Source: a virus
Strand: one strand, 5' to 3'
Length of the DNA stretch: 64,000 bases
IMG/VR virus record: IMGVR_UViG_3300031576_000004
Coordinates: 64,001-128,000 of that record
Below are positions 39,001 through 47,440 of the stretch, in pieces (position 1 is the first letter of the stretch; the number at the start of each line of letters is the position of its first letter). The translations under genes and the position numbers were made by a program. A model generated the notes under the pieces. It worked only from the letters and a program-made list of their open reading frames with translations, had not been told where the DNA came from and ran no database searches.

Positions 39001-39419
39001 TTCCTGCCCTTAGCAAGGTTGACCTGAGACTCTAACTCTCCATTATCTTTAATTCTTGTGTAAACTCCTGGCTTTAATCTGAGCTGGTTTGTTACCTGAT
39101 ATTCATTTCCCTTAACAATGTAAGAGCCCCTAGGCGTTAGCTTCGGAAGATTGGCAACCTTGATCTTCCTGGCGTGATCTATCGTTTTCCCAGTGGCGTT
39201 ATCCTTTAGGGAGAAGTCTCCGTAGACCTGTGCAGCCCACGACTTCCCCCTAAGTTTGGCGTCCTTCTGCCCAGCGAAATCATGCGCGGCCTGGGTATCC
39301 TCAACCCAGACATTATTAAGGACCAGAGTTTGATTGGTGCCCTTATATGGGAAAAGGGCTGCAACTGACTCTAAGAACCTGCGCTTTATGCTCTCGTATT
39401 GCGCCTGGAAATCAAGCAT
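33060..39419 (-). CDS. rpoBC: DNA-directed RNA polymerase, beta and beta' fused in one chain
   Basis: beta motifs GYNFEDAI, GDKLVGRHGNKG, NPHGIPSR; beta' motifs NRAPTLH, NADFDGD, EPATQMTMKTFHTGG. Confidence 0.95.
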   Translation of the reverse strand: MLDFQAQYESIKRRFLESVAALFPYKGTNQTLVLNNVWVEDTQAAHDFAGQKDAKLRGKSWAAQVYGDFSLKDNATGKTIDHARKIKVANLPKLTPRGSYIVKGNEYQVTNQLRLKPGVYTRIKDNGELESQVNLAKGRNFKIILDPTSGTFYLNVGTSNVKLYHALMALGITEAKIAGAWGNDLAAQNKGGNYDKEIAKLYRAIFDKAAPDLATSIAAISNYFNDTKIDPETTKMTLGTAFASVTADMLLSTSARILTVSRNERAPDDRDSLEFKTIHSTDDFVAERITKSANRIKARIGFVIDKKDRIRDIIGIDTLNAPIQDFFTSTTLSNTPEQTNPLHMLGETTKVTIMGEGGIGNEHAVTAEARAVHPSSIGFLDPLHSPESGAIGTTLHLALNASKVGNSLKTALFNAKTGLKEELSPNQVFDVVVGFRDQYQDELKGGKFVTKYPLVKAIHKGEVAKVKPEQVQYIIPSPSSMFDVSTNMVPFLQNDQGNRAMMASKMMEQALPLLHRERPLVQVEDKQGSTYESKIGAGYTSKSHEDGTVTKVTEDAVFVKGKSGKTNRYPLYDHYPLNSKVYLDSAPQVKVGDKVTKGQLLDELNYTKDGHIALGTNLVTAYVPYKGYNFEDAIVVSESAAKKLTSLHMHRMSAQLDQNALLNLDKFKAYYPENISVAQSGKYDADGVIKKGEKVAYGEIVIALMRKEEKTTDDVLLSKLHKAFIKPYKNRSVTWEEDDVGTVTDVVKTGGKIEVLISTEEPAKVGDKLVGRHGNKGIIGKILSDAETPTLNDGTKIDILMNPHGIPSRVNVGQVLETVAGKIADKTGKPYVVRNFSEDNYLEKVQKDLKDAGLTDKETIFDPELNRKLPPVLVGRQYILKLDHPTRKKFSARDRDGYTADMQPGQGGGEGGQSIGTLDLYAMLAHGAKHNLREMATHKSEKNEEFWRAIQTGQSLPAPKVPFAFEKFITMVKGTGVDVKKDGNNMQLVPMTDKEVRSMSSGEIKEPKIIKGKNLQPEKDGLFDPNITGGHAGSKWSHIELSEALPNPMFENAIKTITGLTGSQYDALISGELYYSEKHGFTATHEAGSVTGGVAIKKLLDKVNVTKDLAGAVGDAKGLTGDELDKANKKIRYLKALKDNKQDPNVYITKNVPVIPPKFRPIYPLEDGNLVVSDVNALYKDLIAVNNSIKDSKAAGIPDSELKNLRKDLYQGMKGVSGLGDTLTNREYRGLIETIKGNRNKEGFFQNRIISRRQEISGRSTIIPEPQLTLDEIGIPEDMAWKIYRPFAIKELHQQGYKPLDARKELEDKSPVARKALEIAMRDRPVMANRAPTLHKFSIMSFQPKLVEGKAIRLNPLVVKGFNADFDGDTMAIHVPVTEEARKESFSMLPSNNVYNPRNNQVMHVPGQEAVLGLYMLTKGGVDTKKVFTTAEQALEEYKNGKIKPSDLVTIRGLKTTVGKLVVNAVIPQKYRNNDLILTSKALNDLLDSINKDDPKLFAEVVHKLKNLGNQTVYEQGFSVGLDDFKFDPKIKGDIFDEAAAEAKKGGNTKESIIGAYDKATTRINTALKSVFSLKQNSLYDMQDSGAKGSMGNLRQMVVAPILVKDTSDRTVAMPITKSYAEGLDMGDYWISTAGARKGMMDRALQTSEPGAFAKELMNSTVSHRITEQDCGTKRGISMSTSDKDILDRYVSETSGPITRGTLITPNILSKNPLIKSLMVRSPLTCESMHGTCATCFGLTENGQLLRTGENIGVIAGHTITEPATQMTMKTFHTGGIAGEQGGILSGFTRVKQLLEMPKIVRDKATLSTVSGKVDTIKKAPVGGWHISVGGEEHHVPASRTMKVNVGDKVIKGDSLSDGVLKPQELMELKGVFSAQRYLVDELHKEYAGQGVGVKKRLLETIVRPLTNQARILDPGDHATFSPGDYTTVSHLEKHNETAKSPIKFESVMKGINTFPLMSEDWLSRLNFQRLAGTLTEGASQGWKSDIVGGSPVAAYAYGANFGKTAELKLVDEIEFEEMEKLSGGGYKGLGARQPDEAGVREFGGDGNFNDKPGMKGRDLEASGSNLGETKKTSKGAANAGTDPKKGLKAKGHARGDTPAEEEDKSPARALFDQRDQKE

Positions 39420-39582
39420 TAGGCCTCCAATATAACAGAGATCTTGGACCCAATCAACGCCATAGATGTTACCGTAAGTAGAGTAAGAAAGGGAAGTGGA
39501 ACCTTTAATTTTGGGTATAAGAATATGGCAAGGAAAGTCTTAGTTCAGCCAGCCTCAAAAACTGGTGGAAAGGAGATACTCC

Positions 39583-40128
39583 ATGTTCCTGTCACTAAAG
39601 GTTCTGGTGGCATACCCAGCCGTAGGAATCGTAGCTGTAGCTTTGGGAATCATCCCAGAGATACAGACAGAGATGCACGCGAGGGCGCTCGGGTTCGACA
39701 CGTCTAAGAAGCTCGAGTTTCTGCCCCTAGAAGAGCGGGCAATGCCTGCTGCGAAGCCGGAAGCATTGATCAACAACAAGTTCGTCAACGCCGTCATAAA
39801 TGTGGAGAGCGGCTGGGATCCGAACGCTGTGAGCAGGTGCGGTGCCAGGGGCCTCATGCAAATCATGGAACCAACCTGGAAGGACATGACTGATCGCCCG
39901 TGGGAAGAAGCATTTAACCCGACGACCAATAGGGATGTCGGAACTAAATATCTTCACTGGATCGAGAAGTACATTCAGAAGAACGGGGGGATCCCTACGC
40001 GGAATCTGATCGCAGCCGCATACAATGGCGGAGTCGGAAGACTGAAGAAGTTCGGCTGGGACATCAGCAAGATGCCGACCGAAACAAGGCAATACATCCA
40101 CAAAGTCAACGCCGCCTACGACAAGTAG
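39583..40128 (+). CDS. SLT-family lytic transglycosylase with hydrophobic N-terminus
   Basis: VESGWDPNAVS..GARGLMQIM, AAYNGG; SD AAGGAG. Confidence 0.9.
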   Translation: MFLSLKVLVAYPAVGIVAVALGIIPEIQTEMHARALGFDTSKKLEFLPLEERAMPAAKPEALINNKFVNAVINVESGWDPNAVSRCGARGLMQIMEPTWKDMTDRPWEEAFNPTTNRDVGTKYLHWIEKYIQKNGGIPTRNLIAAAYNGGVGRLKKFGWDISKMPTETRQYIHKVNAAYDK

Positions 40129-40541
40129 GCCGGTGTAGACTATGGGGTGCGATCGCCAGCGACCATGAAAGTGGGCGCGGAATAAGAGAGGCTGTTGTAC
40201 CAACGACGGCAGCTGAAAGGATCGGCCCCACCTTTAATAATGCGGTGTGGGGCATAAACAAAAAGGAGGTGATATACTAGATGGGAGACTGGCTGATCGG
40301 AGTTTGGAAGGTTCTTAAAGAACTTTCTGAGTCGGCAAAATCATGGCGATGAGGTGACACATGGACCTACTCGCGTACTTGATTCTTCTCTATTGTTGCG
40401 TAGGCGCATACAAAGGGGTCATCGCATCTATTCACGGATTACCAATCCTAAATAGAGATTGCGATGGCAGTCCAGACTTTGAAGACAAAACATGGTTTTT
40501 CGCAACAGTTATGTTTCTAGATATATTTCTTTGGCCACTTC

Positions 40542-40982
40542 ATGAGAGGGGGGGGTAATGGTGACGTGAGAGTACAACAATCATTTGGGACTGCCTTTGC
40601 AAGCATTCCTGCATTCCAAGAACTGAAAAGGAAGCAGGAAGAGTTCACCAAAGACAGCATCAAAAAGGAACAAGCGGCTGCCCTGGCGCATGTCGAATCC
40701 ATGCGTCAGGAGCGGCTCTCAAAAAAGAACGCAGCTCTTCACAGAGTTCGCGTAGCTTCTATCGACCAGAATATCGAGAACATCAATCCAAACAACTCAA
40801 CCGCTCTAGACAACGCGGCAAATCACCTCCTAAGAAGGGGTAGCGTTTGGATCCATGAAGGCTATATCGGCTCCAATCGGGAGCAGATTGCCTTCGAGCT
40901 TGAGATGCAGCTTGTCGGGGTATTGCTCGATGAGCACGAGCTCGAAAACAGAATGAAGCTCCGCTGTGAAGCGGAATTCTAG
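40542..40982 (+). CDS. hypothetical protein
   Basis: ORF ends at a long hairpin; start uncertain. Confidence 0.55.
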   Translation: MRGGGNGDVRVQQSFGTAFASIPAFQELKRKQEEFTKDSIKKEQAAALAHVESMRQERLSKKNAALHRVRVASIDQNIENINPNNSTALDNAANHLLRRGSVWIHEGYIGSNREQIAFELEMQLVGVLLDEHELENRMKLRCEAEF

Positions 40983-40994
40983 TTAGGCGTTGGA

Positions 40995-41034
40995 CAGAGG
41001 GAGTTTTGGCCGGCAACGGCCGAGACTCCCTCTG
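40995..41034. terminator. long hairpin between convergent genes
   Basis: CAGAGGGAGTTTTGGCCG-GCAA-CGGCCGAGACTCCCTCTG. Confidence 0.6.
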
Positions 41035-41058
41035 CGGGCCGAGGCATTTATTTAGCTA

Positions 41059-41421
41059 TTAAAGTATTTGAGTCTTAGCCTTCTCTAGAGATACCCAGGA
41101 TCTACGCGCCTCAAAGTGGTTCTTTAGGGTCTCGTAATGCGTCCTGGCTCCAAGTTCAGCCCCAACAGCATCTGCATACACCTTTATATATTCGCCATAC
41201 TCTTTAGAGGCTAAAGCCTCTCTCTCTATCCTGGACTCTGTGACCTTCGTCCCAGTGGTCTCGTAGGTGGCCGAAATCGTGTTCATAAGCTTCGCTAGCA
41301 TGGTCTTCCGACCTTCCTCTAGCCTGGTAGACAATTGCTTCACCTTGGCCCATTCCTGACCCGCCTTCTCCTGCTCAGCGATGATGTCTTCCAGGAACCT
41401 AAGGTCTATTTCGACTTCCAT
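41059..41421 (-). CDS. UvsY-like helical protein (possible recombination mediator)
   Basis: All-helical 120 aa with KVTESRIE...EY pattern; weak similarity only. Confidence 0.45.
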   Translation of the reverse strand: MEVEIDLRFLEDIIAEQEKAGQEWAKVKQLSTRLEEGRKTMLAKLMNTISATYETTGTKVTESRIEREALASKEYGEYIKVYADAVGAELGARTHYETLKNHFEARRSWVSLEKAKTQIL

Positions 41422-41501
41422 GTAGACCCCCTAAAACAAAGTGGCGACCGAGAGCATGATAGCCCTCGATCGCCACATTTACAACACTTACTTTACTTAT
41501 T

Positions 41502-42596
41502 CTATTCTTCGCGGATATTATGAATGTTGTCTACGTGCATGATCCCGTCCCCAGTACCCTTCATCGTGAACTCCTGCCTGTACCCGAGATCATCCGTGGA
41601 TTTGAGAGCAACAACCCTCGTGGCAGTGTAGGTGTTATCAACATACAAATCCTGCACACCGGTTAGAGGATAGTGTTCAACATGGACCTTGTGTTGTCCG
41701 GCTGGCAAGGCAATCGGATCGGGAGTCCAGCCACGGATTCCACGGATGGCCACGACTGGCGGTGCACCAAACAGATTTACCCCAGCCCCACCATTCCAAA
41801 GATCCGTGATCTCTGTGTTAGACAGAACCCGCTTCCATATGAAGACTTCGTCGATTTTACCTTCGAAAGTAAGCCCGGCTGGACCCACGAGACCATTAAA
41901 ATTGCCGCAGCAGTTGTGGTCGTAATAGTCACCGATGGCGATTTCGCCAAGCTGTTGATAAGATGGGCCATCAAAGCCCTCATCGGAACCAAAGTCCATA
42001 AGAGAATAGACGGTGTGGTTCACATCCCCATCAACAACCAAGTTGCCCTTAATCCCGCTCAGGGGGCCATCCGTGTTGTAATCGTAAGTGACTACGATGT
42101 GATGATAATTACCGTCCCCAAGGGCGAATGAGCTCACGTCAAAACCGATAAATGTGGCCGGGCCGTTGGTCACCTGCAGCACGAGAGTGCTACCCTGCAA
42201 GCTAATAAGCGCACCACTGCTGCCGGTATTCAAATCGCCGATAGACCACATAACCCCATAACTTTGCGGGGATGGGACTGTTGCTGGATTCACCCAAGCT
42301 GAGATTGACCAAGTCTCCCCGAGATAAGAATTTCCGAACTCAAGATCAGTGCGCTCGATACCGCCCCAATAGAGTCCGTAATGGCCACCCGGAGCTGTGT
42401 GGGTAATGTCACCCGTGACGGCAACAGCACCAGGACCAGTCCCGATCCCAGTGCCGAACTTGCCAACTACTCCATGGGAAGCCCCAACGTTAGTAAGTTC
42501 GAAATCCCCTGAAGTCGGAACCCCTGCAACAGAGGCAAAGTTCCCGGTCAGTTCATTAAACTTCCATCCTGCGATAATATCATCGGTAAGAGCCAT
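41502..42596 (-). CDS. LamG/ConA-like virion appendage protein
   Basis: WKFNE, SISAWV, YHHIVVTYD, FEGKIDEVFIW. Confidence 0.8.
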   Translation of the reverse strand: MALTDDIIAGWKFNELTGNFASVAGVPTSGDFELTNVGASHGVVGKFGTGIGTGPGAVAVTGDITHTAPGGHYGLYWGGIERTDLEFGNSYLGETWSISAWVNPATVPSPQSYGVMWSIGDLNTGSSGALISLQGSTLVLQVTNGPATFIGFDVSSFALGDGNYHHIVVTYDYNTDGPLSGIKGNLVVDGDVNHTVYSLMDFGSDEGFDGPSYQQLGEIAIGDYYDHNCCGNFNGLVGPAGLTFEGKIDEVFIWKRVLSNTEITDLWNGGAGVNLFGAPPVVAIRGIRGWTPDPIALPAGQHKVHVEHYPLTGVQDLYVDNTYTATRVVALKSTDDLGYRQEFTMKGTGDGIMHVDNIHNIREE

Positions 42597-42631
42597 TTAT
42601 AGTCCTCCCATGTCTTGTGTATTGATAGGGA

Positions 42632-42910
42632 TTAAGCCGTCTTCTTGAGCCACTTCATGTTCGCGTTAACTGAGCCCGGATGGAACGTGTGGTTACCTTC
42701 CGTGTAAGTCTTCAGCTTGGCTTTAGCCGCGACACCTGTGAGTAGCGTCTTGCTTGCAGCAATCAATGTAGTTATCTGAGTCGCATCGAAATCACCACGG
42801 ACAACTCCAAGAGCGCCAGCAAGATTCTTTCTAACGACGCGATAATTAGGGGCTGTGCTTACATTAACGTCCGGCGTGTCTCCCGAAAATGCAAGTTCTA
42901 CGTAGAGCAT
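42632..42910 (-). CDS. small partner protein, paralog of 46372-46629
   Basis: FSGDTPDVNVSTAPNY...GDFDATQI. Confidence 0.7.
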   Translation of the reverse strand: MLYVELAFSGDTPDVNVSTAPNYRVVRKNLAGALGVVRGDFDATQITTLIAASKTLLTGVAAKAKLKTYTEGNHTFHPGSVNANMKWLKKTA

Positions 42911-42935
42911 TATTTAAACTCCTTTAGTTTTGAGC

Positions 42936-45182
42936 TTACTCTTCTCTAACCATATGGATGTTATCAGTATGCATGACACCGTTACCAGTGCCAGCCCTCG
43001 TAAACTCCTGGCGATAGCTCAGGTCATCCGTGGACTTGAGGACTACGATCCTAGTAGCCACGAACACGTTATCCACGTAGAGATCCTGGATGCCAGTAAG
43101 CGGCTGGTGATCAACATGGACCTTGTGCTGGCCTGTGGAGAGGATGATAGGATCAGGCGACCACCCACGAATACCACGAATAGCCGTTACCACATAGGTG
43201 AATCCGTTCACCAAAGTACCAAACTGAGTATCCGGATTCGTCACACGCACGTTTACGGGACCAACCCCTTGAGCTGGTGTATCACAGAAAATCGTATTTC
43301 CATCACCAAAGACGACATTGTCTGCCGGTGTGCTTCCGAAAAGAACTGTGCACCCAGACTGGAAATTACCAGGGTTACCATAGATCGTAACAGAAGTTCC
43401 TCCTGCTGTATCTCCAGTGTTCGGCACAACAAGCTGTGGATTAGGAGCCGGGAATGTATAAGTATAACCGTTAACAAGAGTCCCAGACTGCCCGTCAGAG
43501 TTGGTGACAACTACGTTTACCTGACCAGCCGCATGTAGAGGAGCATCGCAGGTTAGCGACCCCTCATTGAGAACCACCACATTTGTCGCAGGTGTTCCAC
43601 CAAAGGAAACAGTTGGGGTCGTAAACGTCTGGAAGAATCCAGTCGGGGAATTGATAATAACCCCGAAGTGGAAGTGAGTACCATTAAGCGTTACAGGAGT
43701 ACCGCCAGAGTTTATACCTGTAGCGGGGAATGCAACCGTGACGGTGGGTGCAGCATGGTAAGCAAACACATTGGACGGAGCATTACTACCCTGACCATCT
43801 GGATTCTGAACGAACAGGTTTACCAGACCGTCAGAGGTTGTTCCGCCTGGGCTCGGCGGCATAACCCCGGTCAGAGTCGTCGAGCTTTGAAATACTAAGC
43901 TCTGGACGTTAACCCCGTTTACTGTCGCAAAGCAACCAGACTGGAATCCGGTACCAGAAATCGTGACAGCCGTTCCGCCGACAGATGGCCCGTAGGCTGG
44001 CGAAATTGGAGCTGGGGTGTTTACCGTCGGAGCCGCATTATAAGTGTAACCGTTAATAAGCGAACCAAACTGGCTGTCTGGATTTGCTACGTTTATGGTA
44101 GCCAAACCAGATGCGTGAGCTGGCATGTTGCAAGTTATTGTGTTTGCATCCACGACGACCACGTTCGTCGCCTCTGTCCCAGGGGGCGCGAAGAATGGCT
44201 CGTCTGCGCCAATCGCAGGGGAAGACAAGCGAACATCGCCATCCATATCCTCTGTCAAACCAGCAATAGCCACACCAGCACCTATAGCTGGAGATCCTGC
44301 CATCAAGTGCGGATTAGCAAAGCTAGTCAGCAAAGGATCCGCTGTAAACGAATTAGCTTCCTTACCTACTGCCTGGAAATCTGCAAGTGTCACATAGGCA
44401 GTTGGAGGGTCTACGTTGTGGAAGAGTTTAGCATATTGAAGAACTGGAATATTAAAAGTCAAGTTATTGGAAGCACTAAAGTTATCTGCAAGTCCAGTAG
44501 GAGTATTAGCAGAAAGAACATATATAGCGCGGTGACTAGAGTTAGAAACGATAGTGTGATAGATATTGTCCTTAAACATAGTCTTCCAAGCGTTCTCAAC
44601 GCTTGAGCTTAGAACGCCAGCATAGTTCCTGACCGTGTTGCCGAAGGCTTTGAAGTTCAATACCGACACGAACGCAACGTCGCCCTCAGAAACGACCCTA
44701 GGACGGATATAGCAGTTCCTGACTATGATTGGCTCTGTGTTAAAGTCTACACCTTCCATCGCATAGAACGCATAATGCCCGCCGTTAGTCACTACCTCCA
44801 TCTGCTCGAAGATAACGTGTCTTAATAGATTAAACCCGCCCTGGAAGGAAGGAAGGGACGGATTACAGTTCTTAGTATTGAACCACTTAATTGTGACCCT
44901 GGCCGTGGAAGAGCCAATGACTCCTATGCCATTGACATTCTGGCCATCAAGAATAGAACGATTGGCATTGCTTTGCCCTCGAACTGTAAGCCTGAAAGCA
45001 CCGGTATTAATTCCACCAAAAAACATAACTTCAACATTAGAGCCTGCCTGAGAAAACGTCTCACCACCGTTACAAACGATTTCCCAGTCCTCAGTGAATG
45101 GGGTGTGGTTCAGAACCAAATCAGCGATAGCTGCCTGAATGGTTGTGAACGGCTTATCTGAACCTACCAGCGACATTCCCAT
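42936..45182 (-). CDS. beta-helix plus IPT/TIG-repeat appendage protein
   Basis: FTTIQAAI, GSPAIGAG..DMDG..R..AIGADE; repeats of GGTxVTI...V.V.NPDGQ. Confidence 0.8.
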   Translation of the reverse strand: MGMSLVGSDKPFTTIQAAIADLVLNHTPFTEDWEIVCNGGETFSQAGSNVEVMFFGGINTGAFRLTVRGQSNANRSILDGQNVNGIGVIGSSTARVTIKWFNTKNCNPSLPSFQGGFNLLRHVIFEQMEVVTNGGHYAFYAMEGVDFNTEPIIVRNCYIRPRVVSEGDVAFVSVLNFKAFGNTVRNYAGVLSSSVENAWKTMFKDNIYHTIVSNSSHRAIYVLSANTPTGLADNFSASNNLTFNIPVLQYAKLFHNVDPPTAYVTLADFQAVGKEANSFTADPLLTSFANPHLMAGSPAIGAGVAIAGLTEDMDGDVRLSSPAIGADEPFFAPPGTEATNVVVVDANTITCNMPAHASGLATINVANPDSQFGSLINGYTYNAAPTVNTPAPISPAYGPSVGGTAVTISGTGFQSGCFATVNGVNVQSLVFQSSTTLTGVMPPSPGGTTSDGLVNLFVQNPDGQGSNAPSNVFAYHAAPTVTVAFPATGINSGGTPVTLNGTHFHFGVIINSPTGFFQTFTTPTVSFGGTPATNVVVLNEGSLTCDAPLHAAGQVNVVVTNSDGQSGTLVNGYTYTFPAPNPQLVVPNTGDTAGGTSVTIYGNPGNFQSGCTVLFGSTPADNVVFGDGNTIFCDTPAQGVGPVNVRVTNPDTQFGTLVNGFTYVVTAIRGIRGWSPDPIILSTGQHKVHVDHQPLTGIQDLYVDNVFVATRIVVLKSTDDLSYRQEFTRAGTGNGVMHTDNIHMVREE

Positions 45183-45217
45183 TTTCTATTCCTCCGTATT
45201 TCTTACGTTAAATTTAA

Positions 45218-45502
45218 TTAAGGAGCAGGAAGTGGCGCTGGCGGCGGTTGTGGCCGATCCGCAACATTTACGGACAACAGTGCCCCAGTCGTGGCCGCTG
45301 AATCAATCGCCTTGATAAGCCCCATAAGATCATTAGCATCCTGTGACCCGAGAGTAATGTCTGGACGGTTAATCAAATCAAACAATACCTTCTCATTAAC
45401 AGAAAACGATTCCTGAGCCCTCATGGCCACTGTCTTTCTGCAGTTAGCATGGGAGTTAGGAAACCAAGGCCCGGCAATCTTCGCAACCAATAGATAAGCC
45501 AT
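45218..45502 (-). CDS. small hypothetical protein
   Basis: SD AGGAG; precedes the beta-helix gene. Confidence 0.6.
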   Translation of the reverse strand: MAYLLVAKIAGPWFPNSHANCRKTVAMRAQESFSVNEKVLFDLINRPDITLGSQDANDLMGLIKAIDSAATTGALLSVNVADRPQPPPAPLPAP

Positions 45503-45542
45503 TTACTTCTCTCCTTGTATTATCGTATTATCGTGCTGTCTT

Positions 45543-46355
45543 TTAGGCTACGAAAACCCTAGCCCCAGCAGCGAAGTTAGCTCCAGCAATTGTTACAGGA
45601 GTCCCACCAGCTACAGGGCCGGAAACCGGGACGATAGTGGCCAACGAAGGAGCTGGAGCAAGAGCCCACAGATTCGTCCCGGCCCCACCGTTCCACAGTC
45701 CTGCTCGTTCCGTTGAAGTAATAACTCTATCCCATGTTATCATCTCATCAATAACCCCATTGAAGAATGCCGAAGCCGCGTAGCTTGATCTGCCTACACG
45801 GAATGGGGTCGTAAGAACAATCTCATCGATAAGCGATGTACTTACTCCGCTTCCAGCATCTTCCACATTGTCTACATACATTCTAAAACCGCCAGCAACA
45901 CCAGCGATGAACGTGATAACTCCAAGGTGGAAGACATTGTCATTGACGGTGGCAGTCGATCCATGGATTAATACTTGATTCGCGCCTTTCTGGAAAACTG
46001 TCCGCAGGACGCCAGTATAAACAGACGCCTGGAACATGCTATCAACCGGAACGCCGAGAGGGTTCCTCTTGGAGAATATCATATCCTCAAAGAATGGATT
46101 GCTTGGTGATGCCGTTTTGAACCAAAAAGAAATAGAGAAGTTCTTCCCAATAGGGATATTCAGATTCGGCGAGCTAGCATTATCTATTGCGGCAAAGCTA
46201 GTAGAGCCATTGAATAAAGCCCCATACCCAACTTTCCCTGCCGCCTGATAGCCAACAGAAGTTGGGACAAGCGCGTGTGCTGCTACCTTTGATATAAAGT
46301 TGCCGGAAGCCTCGTCGAGCTTCCAGGCATCTATGATGTTGTCTGTAATCGGCAT
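45543..46355 (-). CDS. LamG/ConA-like protein ending in half an IPT domain
   Basis: WKLDE, FSISFWFK, FNGVIDEMITW; terminal SGPVAGGTPVTIAGANF. Confidence 0.8.
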   Translation of the reverse strand: MPITDNIIDAWKLDEASGNFISKVAAHALVPTSVGYQAAGKVGYGALFNGSTSFAAIDNASSPNLNIPIGKNFSISFWFKTASPSNPFFEDMIFSKRNPLGVPVDSMFQASVYTGVLRTVFQKGANQVLIHGSTATVNDNVFHLGVITFIAGVAGGFRMYVDNVEDAGSGVSTSLIDEIVLTTPFRVGRSSYAASAFFNGVIDEMITWDRVITSTERAGLWNGGAGTNLWALAPAPSLATIVPVSGPVAGGTPVTIAGANFAAGARVFVA

Positions 46356-46371
46356 TTTATGCTCCCGTTTA

Positions 46372-46629
46372 TTAGATGCCAGTGATCATAGTCGGGTAGG
46401 CGGCAACCCAAGCATCACCCCAAGCCCTGGCTTGCGCGGTAGCTTGCGCTGCGGTCAGCAGCGTCTTCGGGGCTGCGATTAACGCATTGATCTGAGCAGC
46501 GTCAAAGTCACCGGACACGACCTTCTCTGTCCCGTCAACTTTTGCCGCCCCAACGGTATAATTTGGAGCCGCCGATACATCGACATCCGGCGTATCCCCA
46601 GTAAAGTTTAGCACTGTGAAGATTGACAT
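46372..46629 (-). CDS. small partner protein
   Basis: FTGDTPDVDVSAAPNY...GDFDAAQI. Confidence 0.7.
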   Translation of the reverse strand: MSIFTVLNFTGDTPDVDVSAAPNYTVGAAKVDGTEKVVSGDFDAAQINALIAAPKTLLTAAQATAQARAWGDAWVAAYPTMITGI

Positions 46630-46640
46630 TGAATTTTCTC

Positions 46641-47264
46641 CTAGGAAGGTGACCCGTCAGAGATGACCAATGCAGCTCCGAATCCGGCAGGAGCGGAGCC
46701 GACGGAGACCACCAACTCCACACCACTCGGAGCAGCGGGAATGTTGATATTGGTCCCGAACTCCACCCTCTTGATAACGGATTGCTTGATAGCCGTGCAC
46801 TGATGCTCCCAGGAAACCTGAGAGCCAAGGGCAGCGTTGAGAGTAGCCTTGAGAGACTTGGCCCCAATAGCCGTGGTGCCGCCGTCAGAGGCGACGACCA
46901 GCGTCCCGCCCGCAGTGTCCATCGCATTGGCAAACCCGGCCTGGAGAGGAGTCTGACCGACGGTTGCAGTCTCCATATCCACCAGACCAGTTGTCACGTT
47001 GTGCGTTTCGATTGGGTACTGAGGGAACGTCTCGTGACGGGCAACGCCACCGTTGCCATTAATGGCAGCCTGAGCATTCGCAATGCCCTGAGATGTCGTG
47101 TTTGCTGGAAGGTTTACTTCAACAGCGACCAGCTTTCCGTTGACGTCACGGATAATAGTGGAAGCGTTGTTTGGGTGCGCAGCATTAACAGCATTTTGGA
47201 TCGCGGTCAGCGTTAAATCGCTTGCCTGAGCCCCAGGATCACAGATTATATTAATCTTCGGCAT
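46641..47264 (-). CDS. putative virion protein, paralog of 47441-48340 lacking the C-terminal part
   Basis: Shared AAHPN...IRDVNGK..V.VNLP N-terminal module. Confidence 0.7.
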   Translation of the reverse strand: MPKINIICDPGAQASDLTLTAIQNAVNAAHPNNASTIIRDVNGKLVAVEVNLPANTTSQGIANAQAAINGNGGVARHETFPQYPIETHNVTTGLVDMETATVGQTPLQAGFANAMDTAGGTLVVASDGGTTAIGAKSLKATLNAALGSQVSWEHQCTAIKQSVIKRVEFGTNINIPAAPSGVELVVSVGSAPAGFGAALVISDGSPS

Positions 47265-47288
47265 TGTCTACTCCCCTTTCTTTTAAAG

Positions 47289-47319
47289 AAAATGTGGGCG
47301 ATGTCAATATCGCCCACAT
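47289..47319 (-). terminator. intrinsic terminator
   Basis: ATGTGGGCGAT/ATCGCCCACAT hairpin with a T-tract on the - strand. Confidence 0.65.
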
Positions 47320-47440
47320 ACTTAACACACTATTTATGTAATGTTGTGTAGTTATTGTTTGTCTTTGCATTTTATAATACGTTTATTACAAGTTCCGGCC
47401 GAGCCATGAACGCGTCTCCTAAATTCTGGCTAACTGCAGC

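Noticed and set aside
33060-39419. Bacterial chromosomal rpoBC locus
   Set aside because: No ribosomal protein neighbours; the context is virion genes and the enzyme is reduced.
41502-45182. Diversity-generating retroelement or invertible shufflon explaining the duplicated C-terminal tails
   Set aside because: The copies are in direct orientation, differences do not look adenine-specific, and no reverse transcriptase or invertase is in the window.
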